DNA from: Candidatus Helarchaeota ASGARD archaeon Hel_GB_B
GTDB lineage: Archaea; Asgardarchaeota; Lokiarchaeia; Helarchaeales; HEL-GB-B
Assembly (NCBI GenBank): GCA_005191425.1
Contig: SUPR01000064.1
Coordinates: 1 to 21,032 of the forward strand
Length of the DNA stretch: 21,032 nt
Direction: 5' to 3'
The notes beneath the pieces were generated by a model, which saw only the letters and a list, made by a program, of their open reading frames with translations, did no database searches and was not told where the DNA came from. The stretch's first letter is position 1. Every line of letters begins with the position of its first letter. A program made the position numbers and the translations under genes. Of the stretch, positions 16,949 to 21,032 are shown in pieces.

Positions 16949-17914
16949 GTGTTTAATATGCCAATTGGATTAGCTTTGATCGGATGGACCAATAAAACTG
17001 GATTTTATTCGATGTATCAGTATCCTAATACAGTTATTACTGAAGAAGAAGTAATGAGAATTGGTAGTGTTCATAGGATGCGGTATCTAGAACCGAGCTT
17101 TATTACATTAAACCTTAAAAAATTTAAAGTGGCTAGCTTCTACAGCGGGATGAAAACTTCAAGGTGGGTTGTTGAACCAAATTATGTTATTTCATTAATT
17201 TTAGATTTATCCGAAAATGCAGAAGCATATTCTGAAATTTTACCGATTGCTAGTTTAAAAATTTTAGAGAGTATTAAAACAGGTTTCTATCAAAATGTAA
17301 TGGCAGGAGTATATGAAGATATAAATTTGGGAAGAGTAATCGTTAAAAAAGAAATTTTACAGAAAATTTTTCCGCCAAAAGTTGAAGAAAAATTAGATAT
17401 AAACAAGCTAAAGGAATTACAAGAAAAAGTTCAAGAACAAGAAGGAATTATTAAAATGCTACAAGGATTGCTTGAGAAAAAAGACGCGCCATTGCCAGAC
17501 AATATAAAAAATTTAGCCGAAATAGATATGTTAAAAACGCGTTTAAAAATGAAGGACGAAGAAATAGTTGGGTTAAAAAAGAAAGTTTCAGAAGCTGAGA
17601 TGAAAGTATCTAGAATTTCTCTCCTTGAAGCGCGAGTACGGACTTTAACTGCAGACATTAAGGAAAAAAATGACTATATAAAAGAATTAAAGCAAAAATT
17701 ATCAGAAGTACAACCAGTAAGTACAGATATTTCTAAAAATGCACTAGAATCTGACCAAATTTCAAGATTTAATCAGATCATTAATGAACAAAATACACTT
17801 ATTCAACAATTGAAAAATCAGATTGAATCAGGAGAAACTGAGAAAGCAATGATTGCAAGCATTACTGAAGGAATAGATGCAAAAAAGGGGCATAGTAAAT
17901 ATATTGGACTATAA
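16949..17914 (+). CDS. Longin/uDENN-like N-terminal domain plus long coiled coil (probable start ATG 16958)
   Basis: PIGLALIGWTNKTGFYSMYQYP resembles the opening beta-hairpin of longin/uDENN folds; residues ~150-300 are K/E/Q heptad-rich. Fold call is by eye. Confidence 0.6.
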   Translation: MFNMPIGLALIGWTNKTGFYSMYQYPNTVITEEEVMRIGSVHRMRYLEPSFITLNLKKFKVASFYSGMKTSRWVVEPNYVISLILDLSENAEAYSEILPIASLKILESIKTGFYQNVMAGVYEDINLGRVIVKKEILQKIFPPKVEEKLDINKLKELQEKVQEQEGIIKMLQGLLEKKDAPLPDNIKNLAEIDMLKTRLKMKDEEIVGLKKKVSEAEMKVSRISLLEARVRTLTADIKEKNDYIKELKQKLSEVQPVSTDISKNALESDQISRFNQIINEQNTLIQQLKNQIESGETEKAMIASITEGIDAKKGHSKYIGL

Positions 17915-17935
17915 TAGCAAATTTTAAGTGGTATT

Positions 17936-19165
17936 ATGAGTTTAGAGGTTCACATCGATGATCTCCTAGATTGGTTTAATGATGCAGTTAGAAAAAAAGT
18001 GGAACCTACTAAAAGGATTGCGGAAAAAAAAATAAGCAAATTCAAAGATATTATTAGTGAATTTAAAGATGCATGTAATAATCTGTATAAAGTAGAACCA
18101 TCTGCAATGGATCAAGAAGATTTATCCGCAAAATCTGCTCAACGGTTATCTTTAAAATATAAAAAAGAATTAGAATCAATAAATATTCCCGAAGAACCAT
18201 ATACATATGAATCAATGGAAACTTTTAAAAAAAATCTTGGGAGATTGATAAATAATTTTCTTCAATGGGGTAGAAAATTAATTCCAAAATTAAGCTATAT
18301 TTATAAAAAAGAAATACAAGGAATTAATTTCTATTTTCAGAGTCTTGGAAACGAATGGAAAAAATTTTCTAGATTTATTGAAAATAAATATAAAGACATA
18401 AGAGAAATTGATAGGACTATTTCTAAAATTCAGAAATTGCAAGATATTTTTCAACAAATTCAAGAGCAAAGACGTAATCAAAAAGAAATTGAATTTAAAA
18501 TTGAAGAATTACAAAATCAAATAAAAGAAATTGAGGAAGATCTTGAAAAAATTAACAAAAATTCCAATCTAAAAAAACTTTCTGCTTTAGAAATTGAATA
18601 TTCAAAACTAAAACAAAAGTTAATGGGACAAATTGGTGCATTAAGAAAAGCTTTTTTAAAATTTGAAAAAATTTTAGGTGATAAATATCGCTTAACACCT
18701 GAACCCGGTAAAAAACTGATAGAATATTATGAATCACCCTATAATACCTTTATAAAGGAAAAAGAAGGTTATCCAATTTTAAAAGAAATTTTATCAGAAT
18801 TAAAAAAAGCGCTTGAAAATAAAGATTTAGATTTAAGCGCAAGTAAAAATCAAAAAGCGATTTCTAAAGTAAAAAGTATATTGAATAATTCATTATTACC
18901 ATTACAAAAAGAACTGATAGACATTGAAACAAAAATTAAGGAAATTAATGATGATCAATCTATTAAAGATCTAATTAAAGAAAAACAAGCATTAAAAAAC
19001 AAAAGCAATCAAATTAAACTCCAAATTGAGGAAGAACAAGTAAATTTAAATAAGATTATTGATAATTATGACCGCAATAAAGATAAAATCATTGAACAAA
19101 GATCTGAATTAATTAAAAAAATTAAAGAAATTACCAAAAAAGAAATTAATATTAAATTTGAATAG
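17936..19165 (+). CDS. All-helical coiled-coil protein, unknown function
   Basis: 409 aa, K/E/I/L/Q heptads, no Walker motifs. Confidence 0.8.
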   Translation: MSLEVHIDDLLDWFNDAVRKKVEPTKRIAEKKISKFKDIISEFKDACNNLYKVEPSAMDQEDLSAKSAQRLSLKYKKELESINIPEEPYTYESMETFKKNLGRLINNFLQWGRKLIPKLSYIYKKEIQGINFYFQSLGNEWKKFSRFIENKYKDIREIDRTISKIQKLQDIFQQIQEQRRNQKEIEFKIEELQNQIKEIEEDLEKINKNSNLKKLSALEIEYSKLKQKLMGQIGALRKAFLKFEKILGDKYRLTPEPGKKLIEYYESPYNTFIKEKEGYPILKEILSELKKALENKDLDLSASKNQKAISKVKSILNNSLLPLQKELIDIETKIKEINDDQSIKDLIKEKQALKNKSNQIKLQIEEEQVNLNKIIDNYDRNKDKIIEQRSELIKKIKEITKKEINIKFE

Positions 19166-19167
19166 GT

Positions 19168-19371
19168 TTGAACAAAATGTCAACAAATAGACCGCTAATA
19201 AAATGTTCAAAATGTGGTAAAGAAAAATTTAATACCCGATTATGCGCTCTTTGGGGTAAAAAAAGAGTTATCTGTGTTGACTGTTGTATGGAAATACAAA
19301 AAGCTGGAAATTGTAAGGTTAGAGGTTGTCCATATAGAATTATTTCTACTTCTGACAAAAAATTAGGTTAA
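19168..19371 (+). CDS. Small 8-Cys Zn-binding protein (probable start ATG 19177)
   Basis: C-x2-C-x9-C-x9-C-x2-CC-x8-C-x4-C; starts immediately after the upstream stop codon. Confidence 0.7.
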   Translation: MNKMSTNRPLIKCSKCGKEKFNTRLCALWGKKRVICVDCCMEIQKAGNCKVRGCPYRIISTSDKKLG

Positions 19372-19614
19372 ATTTATAAGTAAAATATAATAACCTCATG
19401 AATTATTTAATTTAATAATTGTTTTTATTGAATATAAATTAAAATTCTCTTTTTATATTTCTTATTTGCTTATTTATCGAATTTATTTGATATTTTAAAT
19501 AAATTTATTAATAATAAGTTTGCACCAAAATATTATAAAAATGGAATTATTTCCTATTTTATCGCATTCAATCGAAATAAATATTAATCATTTTGTAATT
19601 TTAATCCACGATAG

Positions 19615-21032
19615 ATGTATCGGGAGTTTTTGATAGTGTCAAAAAGGTCATATAACGCAATTTTATTGTTAAATATTATATTATTAAATTTTTTAGTATT
19701 ATGTTTAAGTATAAGCATTGAAAATCCATCTAAATTAGATTCATTGGCGTATATTCAGAATAAAAGTGAAAATAGCCCATATATATATAGTAATCCACCC
19801 GAAATTAATTATCCAATTGGTGAAAACGATACATCTCATCTATTTTATTATTATAGAAATTTAACTTGGTATAAAGCCAATTTAACATGGAATGCTCTTT
19901 CATCAAATACAAAAGATGTTTATGGTGGATTTAATTCATCTTTAGCTAATTTAAATAAAAAAGAATTATTAGCCAATTTAGAGGCAGGTAATATATTAAT
20001 AGAACTCTATAAAGCAAATTTATCACAATCTTATTTAAATGCTTCAATTAATTTGACAGAGTATATTATTAACACATTTTGGAATGGAAGCATTAAATTA
20101 TTTATATCAAGTGTAAATCGAACAGGTAGTCCTATTTCAAATATTTCATTTACAGCAGATAATTTGTTATCAATTGACTTATTATTAAAAATGTATGATC
20201 TTACTAAAAATCAGACATATATTGATATTGTAAATCAGACAATTAAGGAGCTAAACAGGACTTTATGGGACCATCAATATAAAGGATATTACCGAAGTAA
20301 TAACCAGAGTGATCTTTTAGGTAAGAAATATTTATATGAAAATGGTCTGGGTCTACTTATAAATTTTAAAATATCAAATAATCCTATTTTTAATGCCAAT
20401 ATCAGAGATTTGGCTTATTCTAATTTTATTACATTATATAAGGAAATAGATAATAATTTAAAAAATGGGACAAATGGATATTTCTCAAGTGGATACCGAA
20501 ATTGGACACGAAATGGACTATCTACCAATAAAAACTTAAGAGATAATTCAATAATGCTAAATGCATTCATAGAATTTTATAGATTAACACATAATGATTT
20601 CTATTATGATAAAATCTTAGATGTTCTATCATTTCTAAATAATTTTGTTGATAATACTAAATCAGAACCTGCTTTAGTTTATGAACTCAACTGGAATGGT
20701 AGTACAATGATAAATAAAACGATCTTGACAAAATTAAATTCAGAGATGATTATTGAATTGCTTGACCTCTATGAGATTACAAATAATGGAACTTATTATT
20801 TAACTGCCAATAATTATTTTAATTTTCTAAATACATATTTGTGGGACAGCAATTTAAATATGTTTAATTACTCAATCACTTTTGGCGGAAATAATAATAC
20901 TCAGAAATATGTAGAAACAAATTCAATTGCTATTAGGGCATTGATTAATTTTAGAACAGAGAATTTTTATCTGACGAGAGCAAATACTACAATTTCATTA
21001 TTATTACATCATTTAACGACAGAAAATGCATT
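19615..21032 (+). CDS. Secreted or membrane-anchored glycoprotein with six-hairpin-glycosidase-like (alpha/alpha toroid) repeats; truncated by window end
   Basis: Hand-translated open frame of 472 codons with no stop. N-terminal hydrophobic stretch (AILLLNIILLNFLVLCLSISI), repeats of L..LY..T.N..Y...LWD...GYY, about 23 N-x-S/T sequons. Confidence 0.8.
   Translation, partial: MYREFLIVSKRSYNAILLLNIILLNFLVLCLSISIENPSKLDSLAYIQNKSENSPYIYSNPPEINYPIGENDTSHLFYYYRNLTWYKANLTWNALSSNTKDVYGGFNSSLANLNKKELLANLEAGNILIELYKANLSQSYLNASINLTEYIINTFWNGSIKLFISSVNRTGSPISNISFTADNLLSIDLLLKMYDLTKNQTYIDIVNQTIKELNRTLWDHQYKGYYRSNNQSDLLGKKYLYENGLGLLINFKISNNPIFNANIRDLAYSNFITLYKEIDNNLKNGTNGYFSSGYRNWTRNGLSTNKNLRDNSIMLNAFIEFYRLTHNDFYYDKILDVLSFLNNFVDNTKSEPALVYELNWNGSTMINKTILTKLNSEMIIELLDLYEITNNGTYYLTANNYFNFLNTYLWDSNLNMFNYSITFGGNNNTQKYVETNSIAIRALINFRTENFYLTRANTTISLLLHHLTTENA

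Noticed and set aside
17936-19165. SMC/Rad50/SbcC ATPase call
   Set aside because: No Walker A/B, signature motif or CxxC hook; coiled coil only.
1599-19358. Numerous 60-90 aa ORFs in the track lying inside or antisense to larger genes (e.g. 1599, 3127, 4289, 4572, 5215, 5455, 8143, 8648, 8703, 10845, 11756, 11871, 12617, 13101, 13362, 13585, 14182, 14389, 17431, 18290, 18552, 19152)
   Set aside because: Shadow ORFs overlapping well-supported genes, with no motifs of their own.
1-21032. CRISPR arrays, tRNA, rRNA, SECIS elements
   Set aside because: No regularly spaced repeats or GC-rich structured RNA segments were seen by eye; a covariance-model search was not possible.

Overview
Very AT-rich archaeal DNA, probably from an Asgard archaeon. 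This is inferred from archaeal-type genes (DUF763, COG2150-type ACT regulator, TrpB2, deoxyhypusine synthase, AMMECR1) plus a longin/uDENN-like coiled-coil protein. The left half is an amino-acid biosynthesis cluster: two tandem beta-decarboxylating dehydrogenases, a small Zn-finger gene, trpB2, a divergent ACT-domain regulator and a LeuA/CimA-type synthase. The middle holds an MBL hydrolase, AMMECR1, a DHS-family gene and a chelatase ChlI/ChlD-type gene split by a -1 shift exactly at an A10 run. A ~1.6 kb gene-poor degraded stretch follows, then Zn-ribbon, longin-like and coiled-coil genes, and a secreted sequon-rich alpha-toroid protein cut by the window end (absent from the ORF track). The most notable unannotated signals are long 5' leaders with short uORFs and pairing elements: before trpB2 (uORF ending W-P-W-N-N) and before leuA (Val/Leu uORFs plus a 16-bp hairpin hiding a uORF start). 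These suggest leader-peptide attenuation, which is a hypothesis only. The candidate programmed frameshift in the chelatase gene is the other highlight. No rRNA, tRNA, CRISPR array or intact mobile element was seen.
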